DNA of 64,000 bases from Candidatus Omnitrophota bacterium (GTDB taxonomy: Bacteria > Omnitrophota > Gorgyraeia > Duberdicusellales > Duberdicusellaceae), in contig JAGGSQ010000042.1 in the NCBI GenBank assembly GCA_021159015.1, positions 557 to 64,556 on the forward strand, written 5' to 3'. Each line of letters begins with the position of its first letter. The first letter of the stretch is position 1. This document shows, one piece after another, positions 51,296 to 61,410 of the stretch. Both the position numbers and the translations under genes were made by a program. Below the pieces are notes generated by a model that did not search any database, was not told where the DNA came from, and was given only the letters and a program-made list of their open reading frames with translations.

Positions 51296-53011
51296 TCAAT
51301 ATTTCCATTTTAGTTCTACCCAGACTTGATAAGAATCGTTATCCGAAGATTCAGGTCCTCCCCAAGGGTATCCTATTTCTGCCCGGAAAGAAAATCTATC
51401 CGTGGGGTTAAATCTCAAACCAAAGCCGTAGCCTTTAAGAGTTCTGTTTTTTTCTCCGGCTAAGATTCTGTTCAGGCGGACAGTTGCCCAATCGTAAAAT
51501 ACCACTATCCTTAAAGCATCATATAGATTAATATTTTTGGATAACGGAAGCTTGGCCGTTTTAGGAAGAAAATAAGGAGGGAAGGACCACTCCAAGGAAG
51601 TGCAGTAGCCTTTATCTCCGGAATATTCTGCAGGAGGATACCCCCGCACAGTAGCCGGACCGCCTATCTGAAACTGCTCCGAGGCAACCAGACTGTAGCC
51701 GGAAAGTTGGAACGAGTTCTTCCAAAGAATGCTCGATGAGAAAGGTCCCGGCTGAAGCCGGAAATAATTACCTGTCCATTTTAAGAATTCGCCTCCTGCT
51801 CCGACCCGGGAAGAGGCAGGGTCTTTGGCACTCAGCGCTCCCCACATTCGGGGAACACCGGCATCCAATTCCAGGGTAAAGATGTTTCTTCCCCAGGCGT
51901 CAGTGAAATCTACATCCAGGCCGGTTTTTAAGACCCGGACCTCGTCTCTTGAAGACTCCACCCCCAATAAATAGTTGCGTATATGTTTGTAGTCAAAGCC
52001 CAAATTGAGACTTAAATCCAAATTTCTCTCATCTATAAGAGTCTTGCTCAGAAATAAACCAGCGATTGTAGCTTTACCTCTTGCTTCCACATCTTCAAAT
52101 TCCTGGCCCAATTTCAGTCGGCTCCTTAAAAAATAACCGCCTACCTCCAAGGTAGGATTAACCGGAAAAGAATAGCGCCACTGTTTCAACATCAAAGCAG
52201 CAGCTTCTGACTGCTGAAACTTAAAATACAACTTGTCATCAAAGCCCAAAAGATTATTGTGTTCAAAAACTAAAGAGCCTCTGTCCTTTTCTATATAGCG
52301 GGAACCAAAATTATCATATTCAAAACCTACATGGATAGGAAGTCTATCTTTTACCTTAATTATTATATCGGTTGTGCCCGGCTCTTTACCTGGCCGAAGC
52401 ACGGCCCGCGCAAAGCGGTCAGGATGTTCGTTAATATAGGTAAGAGAACGTTGAAGGTTTGAGTAATCAAGCGGCTTGCCGGGTTGGACATTTAATTTTT
52501 TTTTCAAAAGGGAAGTGCGGAAATAACGGTTGCCTTCTATCTTCAGGCTTCCTGCCTTGCCTTCAATAACCCTGATAATCAAGACTCCCTTCTTAATTGT
52601 TTGGGGAGGGATATAGGCCCAGGAAGTAAGGTAACCTTTCTTGCGATACTCATCAGTAATCAAGTCAGCTATCTTCTGCATATCGAAAAGAGAGAGCTCT
52701 TTGCCTTCGTACTGAGAGGTTATATTCTGAATGTCCTTTTCTTTAATTAAAGTTGCTCCTTCCACTTTGATTGTTTTAATTAAAACTTTGGGGCCTACTT
52801 CCTTAGGAGAAATTTCTTCTACTTTTGCTTTTTCCGCCTTTTCTTTCTTTTTCTGGATTCTTTCTTTGAGCTTCTTCTCTTTCTCCTGCATCTTCTCCTG
52901 CTGCAGGATGCCGCCGGCGGTCTGAGAAGAAGATACCTGAGCTAAGGAAGACAGTGGAAAAAGGAACAAACCTACAATTACCAAACTTCCTATATATCTA
53001 CACTTTTTCAT
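51296..53011 (-). CDS. TpsB / ShlB-FhaC-HecB outer-membrane transporter
   Basis: Signal peptide from MKKCRY, POTRA (YRKKGYLTSWAYIPPQ...IRVIEG), DNFGS, GGPATVRGY (VRGY motif), aromatic C-terminus. Confidence 0.95.
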   Translation of the reverse strand: MKKCRYIGSLVIVGLFLFPLSSLAQVSSSQTAGGILQQEKMQEKEKKLKERIQKKKEKAEKAKVEEISPKEVGPKVLIKTIKVEGATLIKEKDIQNITSQYEGKELSLFDMQKIADLITDEYRKKGYLTSWAYIPPQTIKKGVLIIRVIEGKAGSLKIEGNRYFRTSLLKKKLNVQPGKPLDYSNLQRSLTYINEHPDRFARAVLRPGKEPGTTDIIIKVKDRLPIHVGFEYDNFGSRYIEKDRGSLVFEHNNLLGFDDKLYFKFQQSEAAALMLKQWRYSFPVNPTLEVGGYFLRSRLKLGQEFEDVEARGKATIAGLFLSKTLIDERNLDLSLNLGFDYKHIRNYLLGVESSRDEVRVLKTGLDVDFTDAWGRNIFTLELDAGVPRMWGALSAKDPASSRVGAGGEFLKWTGNYFRLQPGPFSSSILWKNSFQLSGYSLVASEQFQIGGPATVRGYPPAEYSGDKGYCTSLEWSFPPYFLPKTAKLPLSKNINLYDALRIVVFYDWATVRLNRILAGEKNRTLKGYGFGLRFNPTDRFSFRAEIGYPWGGPESSDNDSYQVWVELKWKY

Positions 53012-53104
53012 ATTGACCTGCTGTATGACCATAGTATCAATGGTATCTTCTACTATCAAGCTATTCTTTCCTACTTTATTCAACACCCCTTCACCCTCTC
53101 TTTT

Positions 53105-53581
53105 TTAATACCCCATAGCAATCCGTCCCGTCCGGACTAGCTGTTTTATTTCGAAATTCTCAATCTCGGAAAGAAAACCTTTAGTCTGGCGGTTGTCGCC
53201 TACAAATTCTAACACTAAAACGTTATTCTTTTCTGACACAATACGTACATCATACTTAGATTTAATCTCTTTTAGGATGCGGCGGCTGTCTTTTTTGTCA
53301 AGAACAATTTTGGCCAGAATGAGTTCTCTATCTATGTGCTCTCTCTTGGTCAGATCAATTACCGTAACTACATCAATAAGCTTATTTAGCTGCTTTTTAA
53401 TCTGTTCCAAAATTCTTTCGTCTTCGGCATTAACCACCAGAGTAATACAAGAAATAGTAGAATCCTCTGTAGTTCCTACTGCCAGCGAATCAATATTATA
53501 CCCCCGCGCCGAAAACAAAGAAGAGACTCTTGCCAGAACGCCAAATTTGTTTTCTACTAAGGCTTGGATAGTATGTTTCAT
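53105..53581 (-). CDS. ilvN: Acetolactate synthase small subunit
   Basis: LVENKFGVLARVSSLFSARGYNIDSL, QLNKLIDV, VRTG. Confidence 0.96.
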   Translation of the reverse strand: MKHTIQALVENKFGVLARVSSLFSARGYNIDSLAVGTTEDSTISCITLVVNAEDERILEQIKKQLNKLIDVVTVIDLTKREHIDRELILAKIVLDKKDSRRILKEIKSKYDVRIVSEKNNVLVLEFVGDNRQTKGFLSEIENFEIKQLVRTGRIAMGY

Positions 53582-55248
53582 TAGGCCAATTCTCCAATCA
53601 TACGGTCAATACTGGCTCCCGCCGGAACCATAGGAAAGACATTTTCTTCCTCTTCTATCCAGAAATCTGCCAAAACCGGCCCTTTATATGCAATAATTTC
53701 TTTAATTGCCTTTTTTATGTCTTTCTCTTTTTCAATACGCATAGCTTTCACTCCAAAGCCTTCTGCTACCTTTACAAAATCAGGATTATCCAAAGGCGTA
53801 GCCGCATACCGCTTTTTGTAAAAAAGCTCCTGCCACTGCCGCACCATACCTAAATAATTATTATTGAGAATTATAATTTTGACCGGAATTTTATAAGTAG
53901 CAACAGTGGCCAGTTCCTGGATATTCATCTGTATTGAACCATCACCGGCAATGTCAAAAACTAAACGTTCCGGACAAGCAATACTGGCTCCAATTGCGGC
54001 CGGAAATCCAAACCCCATCGTTCCCAGACCTCCTGAAGTAATAAAAGTACGAGGAAACTTGAATTTATAAAACTGGGCTGCCCACATCTGATTCTGCCCT
54101 ACTTCGGTAGAAATTATCGCCTCTCCCCTAGTTTGACTAAATATTTCTTCAACTACCGCCTGGGGTTTTATTCTCAGTGAGCTTTTACGGTAAGAAAGGG
54201 GGTATTTCTTTTTATTCCGCTCTATTTCCTTAAGCCATTCTTTGCTCTGGGCTGGTTTTTTGATTAACTCCAGCATCTCTCCTAAAATATTGCCCACATC
54301 TCCCACAATAGGAATGTCAGCTTTTACATTCTTGCTGATAGAAGTAGGGTCTATGTCTATATGAATAATTTTCGCCTGCGGTGCAAAAGCATCAAGCTTA
54401 CCCGTAACGCGGTCGTCAAAACGACAGCCTATGGCAATTAAAAGGTCGGAGTTTGTTATCGCCCGGTTAGCATAGACTGTCCCATGCATACCTGGCATCC
54501 CCAGAAACAGCTCATCTTCAGCCGGATATGCCCCTAACCCCATAAGGGTAGTAGTAACCGGCGCCTGAATTTTTTTGGCAAACTCAAAAAGCCGCCCTGA
54601 GGCTCCTGAAGTAATCACTCCTCCCCCCGCCATAATAACGGGGTGTTTAGACTTCTCAATCGCCCTAAGAGCTTTTTTAATTTGCCCCGGATGCCCATAA
54701 TAAGTAGGCCTATAGCTGCGTATAGAAATATTTTCCGGATAAGAAAATTCCGCCTCCCCCATTTGCACATCTACCGGTAAATCAACAAGAACCGGCCCGG
54801 GACGGCCAGAAGAAGCAATATAAAAAGCTTCCTTAAAGACACGCGCTAGATCTTCTGTATTCTTTACTAAATAATTATGTTTGGTAATCGAGCGGGTAAT
54901 GCCAGTAGTATCTGCTTCCTGGAAAGCATCGTTGCCAATTAAGGAAGTCCTTACCTGGCCAGTCAAAGCCACTATGGGAATAGAATCCATATAAGCATTG
55001 GTAATACCGGTAACCAAGTTAGTAGCGCCGGGGCCGGAGGTAGCCACGCAAACACCTGTTTTGCCGGAAGCTCTGGCATAGCCATCCGCAGCATGGGCAG
55101 CAGCCTGCTCATGACGAGTAAGATAAAACTTTATCGGTGCGTCGTACAAACAGTCAAAAAACGGCAAAAGTGCCCCACCCGGATATCCGAAGATAACTTC
55201 AACTTTTTCTCTCTTGAGCGACTCTATAATTATTTCTGAGCCTTTCAT
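53581..55248 (-). CDS. ilvB: Acetolactate synthase large subunit
   Basis: [34 protein letters not shown]. Confidence 0.97.
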   Translation of the reverse strand: MKGSEIIIESLKREKVEVIFGYPGGALLPFFDCLYDAPIKFYLTRHEQAAAHAADGYARASGKTGVCVATSGPGATNLVTGITNAYMDSIPIVALTGQVRTSLIGNDAFQEADTTGITRSITKHNYLVKNTEDLARVFKEAFYIASSGRPGPVLVDLPVDVQMGEAEFSYPENISIRSYRPTYYGHPGQIKKALRAIEKSKHPVIMAGGGVITSGASGRLFEFAKKIQAPVTTTLMGLGAYPAEDELFLGMPGMHGTVYANRAITNSDLLIAIGCRFDDRVTGKLDAFAPQAKIIHIDIDPTSISKNVKADIPIVGDVGNILGEMLELIKKPAQSKEWLKEIERNKKKYPLSYRKSSLRIKPQAVVEEIFSQTRGEAIISTEVGQNQMWAAQFYKFKFPRTFITSGGLGTMGFGFPAAIGASIACPERLVFDIAGDGSIQMNIQELATVATYKIPVKIIILNNNYLGMVRQWQELFYKKRYAATPLDNPDFVKVAEGFGVKAMRIEKEKDIKKAIKEIIAYKGPVLADFWIEEEENVFPMVPAGASIDRMIGELA

Positions 55249-55257
55249 CGCAAAGCA

Positions 55258-55266
55258 ATTATATCA
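55258..55266 (-). promoter_or_regulatory. Extended -10 promoter 9 nt from the ilvB ATG (near-leaderless)
   Basis: TGATATAAT-TGCTTTGCG-ATG, no SD. Confidence 0.55.
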
Positions 55267-55320
55267 TTTTAAACCCAAAGACAAAAGATTTTTCTTTGTA
55301 CCCTGGAAGAAGCATTTTTA

Positions 55321-56766
55321 TCACTTTCTAAGCTGCTTAACTAACTTTTTTGCCAGATTCAACGCCTGAGCAGCGGTTTTTATATTGCCGAGGGCTTGCT
55401 CTTCTTCAATTTTACGCAGGATTTCACCTACTAAAGGAGAAGGATTAATGCCGGTCCCCCTCATAATATCAAAACCATTAACTAGCCGCGGCAAAGTATT
55501 CTTACGTTTGCTCTCCCAGTACTTTTCCCAGAGAGAAAAAAACAATCTCCTTTGACGCCTCCTTCTTTTCTTGTCTATCAAAGGCCCGCGTGTAGCATCT
55601 AAATCAGCCAGGGAAAGCAGAATTACGGCGGGTGAGTCTTCTTTCGCGGCACGAAAGAAACGAAAAACTGCCCGCGGCGATAAAGACAAATTGTCGGTAA
55701 GATAACCAGGGCGTAGATGAAAATAAACTAAGTTAGCTAAGAAACTTTCTTCTCTTTTGGACAGTTTAAGACGCTGGGAAATCTGACAGGCAAAATCACG
55801 CCCAATTTTCTCATGCTCCCAAAAAATAAGCTTACCTCTTCTTTTCCTTTTAGCCTGTGGCTTTCCCAAATCATGCAGAAGGCAGGCTAGTTTAATAAGC
55901 TGGCGGCGCGTATGCCGGGGAGAAATCTCATAACTAAGATATCCTAAGGCTTCTCCTCTCTGAAAGAAATTATGCCGTAATAACTTCTCCAATTGCCTTA
56001 AAGTTTCCAAAGAATGTGCCCACACATCTAAATGGTGATAAGGACCCTGCTTAAGACCGCGGCAAAGCTTAACTTGAGGAAATAGCTCATCCCAAATAAA
56101 TACCTTATCCATTTTTATAGCCAATCTCCCTGCAGACTCAGAAGAAAAAATTTTAAACAATTCCTCACTTATTCTTTCGCCGGCTACTTTACTTAAGAGC
56201 TGACGCTGTCGGTAAATTTCTTTAAGCAAAGACGGGGCTAGTTTAAAGCCGTATAAAGCAACCAAACTAAAAGCCCGCAATATTCGTAAAGGGTCATCTA
56301 GCAAGGCATCTTTATAAGAAAGGCGCAAGGTTTTTTTCTTGAGATCTATAAAAGCCTGCTCATCACCTAAAAGTTTCATCTCTCTAAAGTCCTTAATATC
56401 CAAGCCTAAGCTATTTATAGTAAAATCCCGTTGTTTTAGGTCTTCCGCAATATCTTTCGCCCGCAGGAGGCTAAAGTCATAATGAAGTATGCGCCCCTTA
56501 TATTTTTTTACTACGCGGGCATTCTTCTTTATCTTTCTATCCAAAACAACAAAACTTCCCCCGATAGCCGCCGAAAATTTGCGCGCCAAGGAAAACACAT
56601 TGCGGTTAAGAGCAAAGTCAAAGTCTCTGGCCTCCAGAGAACTTTTAAGAAAAAAATCCCGCAAAAAGCCTCCTACTAAATAAATATTAATACGGTAAAG
56701 CTCTGCTATTTTTTTTAAGCGGCGCAGATAGGGAATCTTTTTAATCTCTCTCTTCAAATCTCGCAT
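55321..56766 (-). CDS. tRNA nucleotidyltransferase / poly(A) polymerase family protein with HD domain
   Basis: YLVGGFLRD, DFD, DLKQRDFTINS, DDPLRILR, ERI, LLHDLGK. Start moved to 56766 because the longer ORF start lies inside REP copy 3. Confidence 0.88.
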   Translation of the reverse strand: MRDLKREIKKIPYLRRLKKIAELYRINIYLVGGFLRDFFLKSSLEARDFDFALNRNVFSLARKFSAAIGGSFVVLDRKIKKNARVVKKYKGRILHYDFSLLRAKDIAEDLKQRDFTINSLGLDIKDFREMKLLGDEQAFIDLKKKTLRLSYKDALLDDPLRILRAFSLVALYGFKLAPSLLKEIYRQRQLLSKVAGERISEELFKIFSSESAGRLAIKMDKVFIWDELFPQVKLCRGLKQGPYHHLDVWAHSLETLRQLEKLLRHNFFQRGEALGYLSYEISPRHTRRQLIKLACLLHDLGKPQAKRKRRGKLIFWEHEKIGRDFACQISQRLKLSKREESFLANLVYFHLRPGYLTDNLSLSPRAVFRFFRAAKEDSPAVILLSLADLDATRGPLIDKKRRRRQRRLFFSLWEKYWESKRKNTLPRLVNGFDIMRGTGINPSPLVGEILRKIEEEQALGNIKTAAQALNLAKKLVKQLRK

Positions 56767-56775
56767 TTCTCTCTG

Positions 56776-56808
56776 TGCAACATTTTGCTTACGAAGCATT
56801 TTGTTGCA
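56776..56808. repeat. REP-like palindrome, copy 3 (inverted, 3 mismatches)
   Basis: TGCAACATTTTGCTT-ACG-AAGCATTTTGTTGCA, directly after the TAA of the upstream gene. Confidence 0.85.
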
Positions 56809-57270
56809 TTAAGAAAGGGCTATAATCTCCGCCCGCAGGTTGCTGATATCTACTACTGCCAGCGTAGGTCTGCCGCTCAGATAACCGCACACCTCGCCGG
56901 GATTAACCAGAAGCTTCCCTTTCTCCCTTCTTATTTCCGGATGATGAGTGTGGCCAAACACAAGGATATCCCCTTCCCTATCCTGAAATTCATGCATAAG
57001 GACAATCTTTCTGCCTTCTTTAGAAATTTCTAAAGGCGCCGCTTGGATACGTCCTTCTGAGTTCTTCCTCAGCCCTTCTTTCTCACCGTCATTATTGCCA
57101 AAAACTCCCCACCAGGGACAACGCAATTTTCCTAAAGGTTTAAGAGAAAAAGGAGCGATGAAATCGCCCGCATGCAAAACCAGTTCTACTTCTTTCTGAT
57201 TAAGAAAATTAACTGCTTTCTCAATAAGAGGTAAATTATCGTGGGTATCAGAAATAAGACCAATCAGCAT
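56809..57270 (-). CDS. YfcE/MJ0936-family metallophosphoesterase
   Basis: SDTHDN, HAGD, GNND, FGHTH, NPGE. Confidence 0.92.
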   Translation of the reverse strand: MLIGLISDTHDNLPLIEKAVNFLNQKEVELVLHAGDFIAPFSLKPLGKLRCPWWGVFGNNDGEKEGLRKNSEGRIQAAPLEISKEGRKIVLMHEFQDREGDILVFGHTHHPEIRREKGKLLVNPGEVCGYLSGRPTLAVVDISNLRAEIIALS

Positions 57271-57671
57271 CAGTAAGAAACAGCAGCGTGGTTGAGTACC
57301 TCTTCCTCAACATATATAGGCGATTTTGTCCTGACAGCCAAAGCAATGCTATCGGAAGGACGAGCGTCTACTTCTATAATTCTGCCGTCTTTACTCCTTA
57401 GTATCAGCAGAGCATAAAAAGTCCCATTCAATATTTTATTAATAATAATTTTTTCTACTTCAGCTTCTAAATCTTTAATAACTGCCTTAAGTAAATCATG
57501 CGTGAGGGGGCGGGGAGGTGTAAAACCTCCCAGATGCATACGGATAGCTAAAGCTTCATTCGTACCAATAATAATAGGCAGAGCTCGCGAGCCAGACTTT
57601 TCTTTCAGTACTATCATCTGCTCTTGTTTTTTCTCATCAATAATAATCTTAGAAAGCTCAACCTCAACCAT
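57270..57671 (-). CDS. Bifunctional nuclease family protein (DUF151)
   Basis: LPIIIG, PPRPLTHDL, DARPSDSIALA. Confidence 0.93.
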   Translation of the reverse strand: MVEVELSKIIIDEKKQEQMIVLKEKSGSRALPIIIGTNEALAIRMHLGGFTPPRPLTHDLLKAVIKDLEAEVEKIIINKILNGTFYALLILRSKDGRIIEVDARPSDSIALAVRTKSPIYVEEEVLNHAAVSY

Positions 57672-57676
57672 CAGGT

Positions 57677-58144
57677 TTATTTTTTAGTAAGTTTCTTATT
57701 GATAACATCCCTTAACTCTTTCATAAATTGATTAACATCGCGGAAACTGCGGTAAACGGAAGCAAAACGCACATAAGCAACATCATCCAGTTTTGCCAGT
57801 TTCTCCATAACCATTTGACCGATAAATCTGCTTTCTATCTCCCGGTCAAATTTCTTCTGAATCTCTTTCTCAATCTCGTCAATCAACGCTTCTATTCTGT
57901 CAATACTGATAGGCCGCTTCTGGCAGGCATGAATTATACCTTGGGTAATTTTACTACGAGAATAAGCCTCACGGCGGCCATCCTTTTTAATAACCATAAG
58001 GGGAATTTTTTCAATGTATTCATAGGTAGTAAATCGCCGTCCACAATTCAGACATTCACGGCGGCGGCGTATAGAAGAATTATCTTGTGTAGCGCGGGAA
58101 TCAACTACCTTATCTTCATTATGGCCACAATAAGGGCACTTCAT
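57677..58144 (-). CDS. nrdR: Transcriptional repressor NrdR
   Basis: MKCPYC...RRRRECLNC...RFTTYE, ATP cone, [10 protein letters not shown]. Confidence 0.97.
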   Translation of the reverse strand: MKCPYCGHNEDKVVDSRATQDNSSIRRRRECLNCGRRFTTYEYIEKIPLMVIKKDGRREAYSRSKITQGIIHACQKRPISIDRIEALIDEIEKEIQKKFDREIESRFIGQMVMEKLAKLDDVAYVRFASVYRSFRDVNQFMKELRDVINKKLTKK

Positions 58145-58150
58145 AGTTTT

Positions 58151-58159
58151 ATTATAGCA
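58151..58159 (-). promoter_or_regulatory. Extended -10 promoter giving a leaderless nrdR mRNA
   Basis: TGCTATAAT-AAAACT-ATG, no SD. Confidence 0.6.
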
Positions 58160-58171
58160 AAAAAGTTCTAC

Positions 58172-58642
58172 CTAAGAAATTTTTTTAAGACGGCGCACCT
58201 TTATTTTTGCCTGGCGCAGAAAATCGCGCGCCATTTTATCGGGATATTCGCCCTCAATTACAATCTCTTTTATGCCGGCATTAATTATCATTTTAGCACA
58301 AATTATACAGGGAGTCACAGTTACATACAAAGTAGCCCCTTTGGTAGATACACCATGAAGAGCACATTGAATTATAACATTTTGCTCTGCGTGCAGGCCG
58401 CGGCATAATTCATGACGTTGGCCTGAAGGAACTCTAAGTTTCTGCCGCAAGCACCCTGTAACCTCACAATGAACAATATCAGAAGGAGCACCATTATAAC
58501 CAGTAGCCAAAATTCTTCTGTCCCTTACCAGAACCGCTCCCACCTGGCGCCGCAGGCAGGTAGAACGCCGCTTTACCAGATGAGCCAGCTGCATAAAATA
58601 CTCGTCCCAGCCTGGACGCTCAATTATTTTCTTGCTTTTCAT
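58172..58642 (-). CDS. dCMP deaminase / ComEB-like cytidine deaminase family protein
   Basis: [26 protein letters not shown]. Confidence 0.92.
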   Translation of the reverse strand: MKSKKIIERPGWDEYFMQLAHLVKRRSTCLRRQVGAVLVRDRRILATGYNGAPSDIVHCEVTGCLRQKLRVPSGQRHELCRGLHAEQNVIIQCALHGVSTKGATLYVTVTPCIICAKMIINAGIKEIVIEGEYPDKMARDFLRQAKIKVRRLKKIS

Positions 58643-59891
58643 ATATCATATTAATATCAGAATATAAAGGAAAACTAGTCGTAAGTTTAGCTACCTCTTT
58701 CAGGAATATTTCTGCTGGTGCTTCTTTTTCTTTAAGGCGGCGGTAAATAATCTCAGCTATTTTTTCTGCTTCTTTTTCTTTCATGCCTCTGGCGGTAATC
58801 GCAGGAGACCCTATTCTGATACCGCTGGCTATCATAGGCGGCTGGGGATCAAAAGGAATAAGATTCTTGTTGACGGTAATATTTATCTCTTCTAAAGTTT
58901 GTGAAGCCTTTTTGCCACTAACTTCTAGCGAACGTAAATCTAAAAGCAAAAGATGGGTATCAGTACCGCCTGAGACCACCCTTACTCCCAAGCTTTTAAA
59001 TTTATCAGAAAAAGCTACGGCGTTCTTAGCTATCTGACTTTGGTATTTTTTAAACTCCGGCTGCAAAGCTTTACCAAAAGCTACCGCTTTAGCCGCAATC
59101 ACATGCATAAGAGGACCGCCTTGAACTCCAGGAAACACCGCAGTGTTTATCTTCTTGCCCAGCTCTTTCTTAGCTAAGATAAACCCTCCCCGCGGACCGC
59201 GTAGAGTCTTGTGCGTAGTAGAAGTAACTACATCCGCATAAAGACAAGGATTAGGATAAATCCCTGCTGCTACCAGTCCCGCAAAGTGTGCCATATCTAC
59301 AAGTAAGTATGCTCCCACTTTATCCGCAATCTCCCGAAATTTCTTAAAGTCAATAATACGAGGGTAAGCTGAAGCGCCAGCGATAATAAGTCTGGGACGG
59401 TGCTGTTTAGCTTTGGCTTCAATCTCGGAGAAGTCTATAAGTTCAGTCTCTTTGTTTACTCCGTAAGCAACCACATGGTAAAACTTGCCAGAGAAATTCA
59501 GAGGGTGCCCGTGAGAGAGATGACCGCCGCAGGCTAAGTCCATAGCCAGAATGGTATCGCCTTTTTCCAGAAGCGACATCATCACGGCCATATTAGCCTG
59601 CGTGCCGGAATGCGGCTGCACATTGGCATATTCACAGCCAAAAAGTTTCTTCACTCTTTCCCGTGCTAAATCTTCTGCCATATCTACATATTTACATCCC
59701 CCATACCAACGCGCCCCAGGATAGCCCTCGGCATATTTATTAGTAAGTACGCTGGCCTGAGCTTCCATAACCGCAGGATAAGTAAAGTTCTCAGAAGCAA
59801 TAAGCTCAATATGCTCCCTTTGGCGTCTTAACTCTGCTTTTATAGCCTCAAATACTTCCTTATCTTCCTGAGCTAAATATTTAAAGTCCAT
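58620..59891 (-). CDS. glyA: Serine hydroxymethyltransferase
   Basis: [32 protein letters not shown]. Confidence 0.97.
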   Translation of the reverse strand: MDFKYLAQEDKEVFEAIKAELRRQREHIELIASENFTYPAVMEAQASVLTNKYAEGYPGARWYGGCKYVDMAEDLARERVKKLFGCEYANVQPHSGTQANMAVMMSLLEKGDTILAMDLACGGHLSHGHPLNFSGKFYHVVAYGVNKETELIDFSEIEAKAKQHRPRLIIAGASAYPRIIDFKKFREIADKVGAYLLVDMAHFAGLVAAGIYPNPCLYADVVTSTTHKTLRGPRGGFILAKKELGKKINTAVFPGVQGGPLMHVIAAKAVAFGKALQPEFKKYQSQIAKNAVAFSDKFKSLGVRVVSGGTDTHLLLLDLRSLEVSGKKASQTLEEINITVNKNLIPFDPQPPMIASGIRIGSPAITARGMKEKEAEKIAEIIYRRLKEKEAPAEIFLKEVAKLTTSFPLYSDINMIYEKQENN

Positions 59892-60330
59892 ATCCTGCCT
59901 CCACTTTTTTTATTTGATTAATCCTTCTCTTATGACGGCCTCCTTCAAAAGGCGTTTTAAGCCACAAGGAAACCATTTTCTTAGCCAGGACTGGTTTTAC
60001 AAAATCTGCCCCCATTACTAAAACATTCGTATCATTATGCAGGCGAGAGAATCTTGCTCCTTTCAAATTATGAACCAAACCTGCTCTTATGCCTTTTACT
60101 TTATTGGCAGTAATTGCGGAACCAATACCAGTCTTACAGATAACAATAGCTCGCTGTGCTTTTTTCTGGCGTACTAAATTGCTAGCGCGAAAAATATAAA
60201 CGGGATAATCTACACTCTCGGAAGAAGAAGTACCTACATCTATAACCTTATAGCCTTTATATTTTAGGTACTTCTTTATAACTTCTTTCAGCTTATAACC
60301 CCGATGGTCTGAGCCCAACGCAATAATCAT
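59881..60330 (-). CDS. rpiB: Ribose 5-phosphate isomerase B
   Basis: [30 protein letters not shown]. Confidence 0.95.
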   Translation of the reverse strand: MIIALGSDHRGYKLKEVIKKYLKYKGYKVIDVGTSSSESVDYPVYIFRASNLVRQKKAQRAIVICKTGIGSAITANKVKGIRAGLVHNLKGARFSRLHNDTNVLVMGADFVKPVLAKKMVSLWLKTPFEGGRHKRRINQIKKVEAGYGL

Positions 60331-60358
60331 TATTCTCCTCCTAGTGGAAAGACTTTTA

Positions 60359-61408
60359 TTATAACTTTTTTCCTATATTTTCAACAGCTTTTTTTATCAA
60401 ACTATATACTTCCTCATATGCCTCCAAGCCTCCCCCTAAAGGATCGTAAATATCAATCTTCTCTTTCAAAAAATAATTAATGTGAAAAAGGCGCAAATGG
60501 ATATCTTTGTCTAAAGAAGCAACTATATCTTTGTGTTTTTCTTCCATGACAATAATTAAATCTGAACCCTTAATTAATAAAGGGCTCAGTCGGCGCGAAC
60601 GATGCAATGCCGCGTCAATACCTTCTCGTTTAAGAACTTCTATCGCTAAAGAAGAAGCAGGCATATTGTCTATCGCAAACACGCCAGCCGAAACAACTTC
60701 TACTTTATCTTTAAGCTGGGGACGCCTTTTATTAAGGTATTCGCGCAATAAGTATTCAGCTATTACTGAACGGCAGGTATTACCACTGCAGACAAAGAGA
60801 ACTCTTCTTTTTTTTACCTCTTTCTCTACCGCGGCGGCAATAATCCCGCGGCGGATAATCTTATTGCCAGCAGAGATATCAACTATGGTAGAGGATATCC
60901 CCTTAAGAGGCTGACTAGCAGTAACAACTAAATCTACTTTGTTCCCAAAAACACTGAAAACTTCCTCTGCCTCCTTAGCTGGCGCCTCTCCACTTAAATT
61001 CGCTGAGGGCATAACTACCCAGACGCCGCTGCGGCGAATAATCTGCCGGGTAAGGGGAAAGTTGGGGTTTCTCATGCCGATTTTCTTACCTTCCTTTCCT
61101 TCCACAATTAGAGTTAAAGGGCCTGGCCAGAACTTCTCGATAAGCCGGTAAACGTAAGGTTTTTGTGGTGAAGCCAAATAGTAAAAGCTTTTAGCATCGG
61201 CAATATGCAGAGTAAAGGGCTTATTAAGAGGACGCTCTTTTATCTCATAGAGGCGCCTGATAGTTTGAGGATTATCTCTGTCAGCGGCCAGACCATAAAC
61301 TGTTTCCGTAGGAAGAACCACAATTTTCCCCCGGCGTAAAAGAGTAGATGCCTTATCTATAATCTCCTCAGGTCTCTCTTCTCCTATTTTTAACCATTCC
61401 GCTGCCAC
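60359..61408 (-). CDS. tsaC: Fusion of TsaC/Sua5 threonylcarbamoyl-AMP synthase and a low-molecular-weight phosphatase (YwlE-like)
   Basis: PTETVYGL, KERP, WPGPLT, SANLSG, then VLFVCSGNTCRS...DIYDPLG. Confidence 0.9.
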   Translation of the reverse strand: MAAEWLKIGEERPEEIIDKASTLLRRGKIVVLPTETVYGLAADRDNPQTIRRLYEIKERPLNKPFTLHIADAKSFYYLASPQKPYVYRLIEKFWPGPLTLIVEGKEGKKIGMRNPNFPLTRQIIRRSGVWVVMPSANLSGEAPAKEAEEVFSVFGNKVDLVVTASQPLKGISSTIVDISAGNKIIRRGIIAAAVEKEVKKRRVLFVCSGNTCRSVIAEYLLREYLNKRRPQLKDKVEVVSAGVFAIDNMPASSLAIEVLKREGIDAALHRSRRLSPLLIKGSDLIIVMEEKHKDIVASLDKDIHLRLFHINYFLKEKIDIYDPLGGGLEAYEEVYSLIKKAVENIGKKL

Positions 61409-61410
61409 GC

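Larger units (their letters stand above)
27784..53090 (-). other. Accessory adhesin block of about 25 kb inserted between ilvN and ilvC
   Basis: It splits the canonical ilvB-ilvN-ilvC-leuA order. No integrase or att repeats were seen. Confidence 0.7.

Noticed and set aside
53028-53059. Imperfect TAGTATCAA-like repeats upstream of tpsB
   Set aside because: Degenerate, with no regulator nearby; cannot be distinguished from chance.
27775-53110. ATTAA at both block junctions as a target-site duplication
   Set aside because: Too short and AT-rich to be significant.
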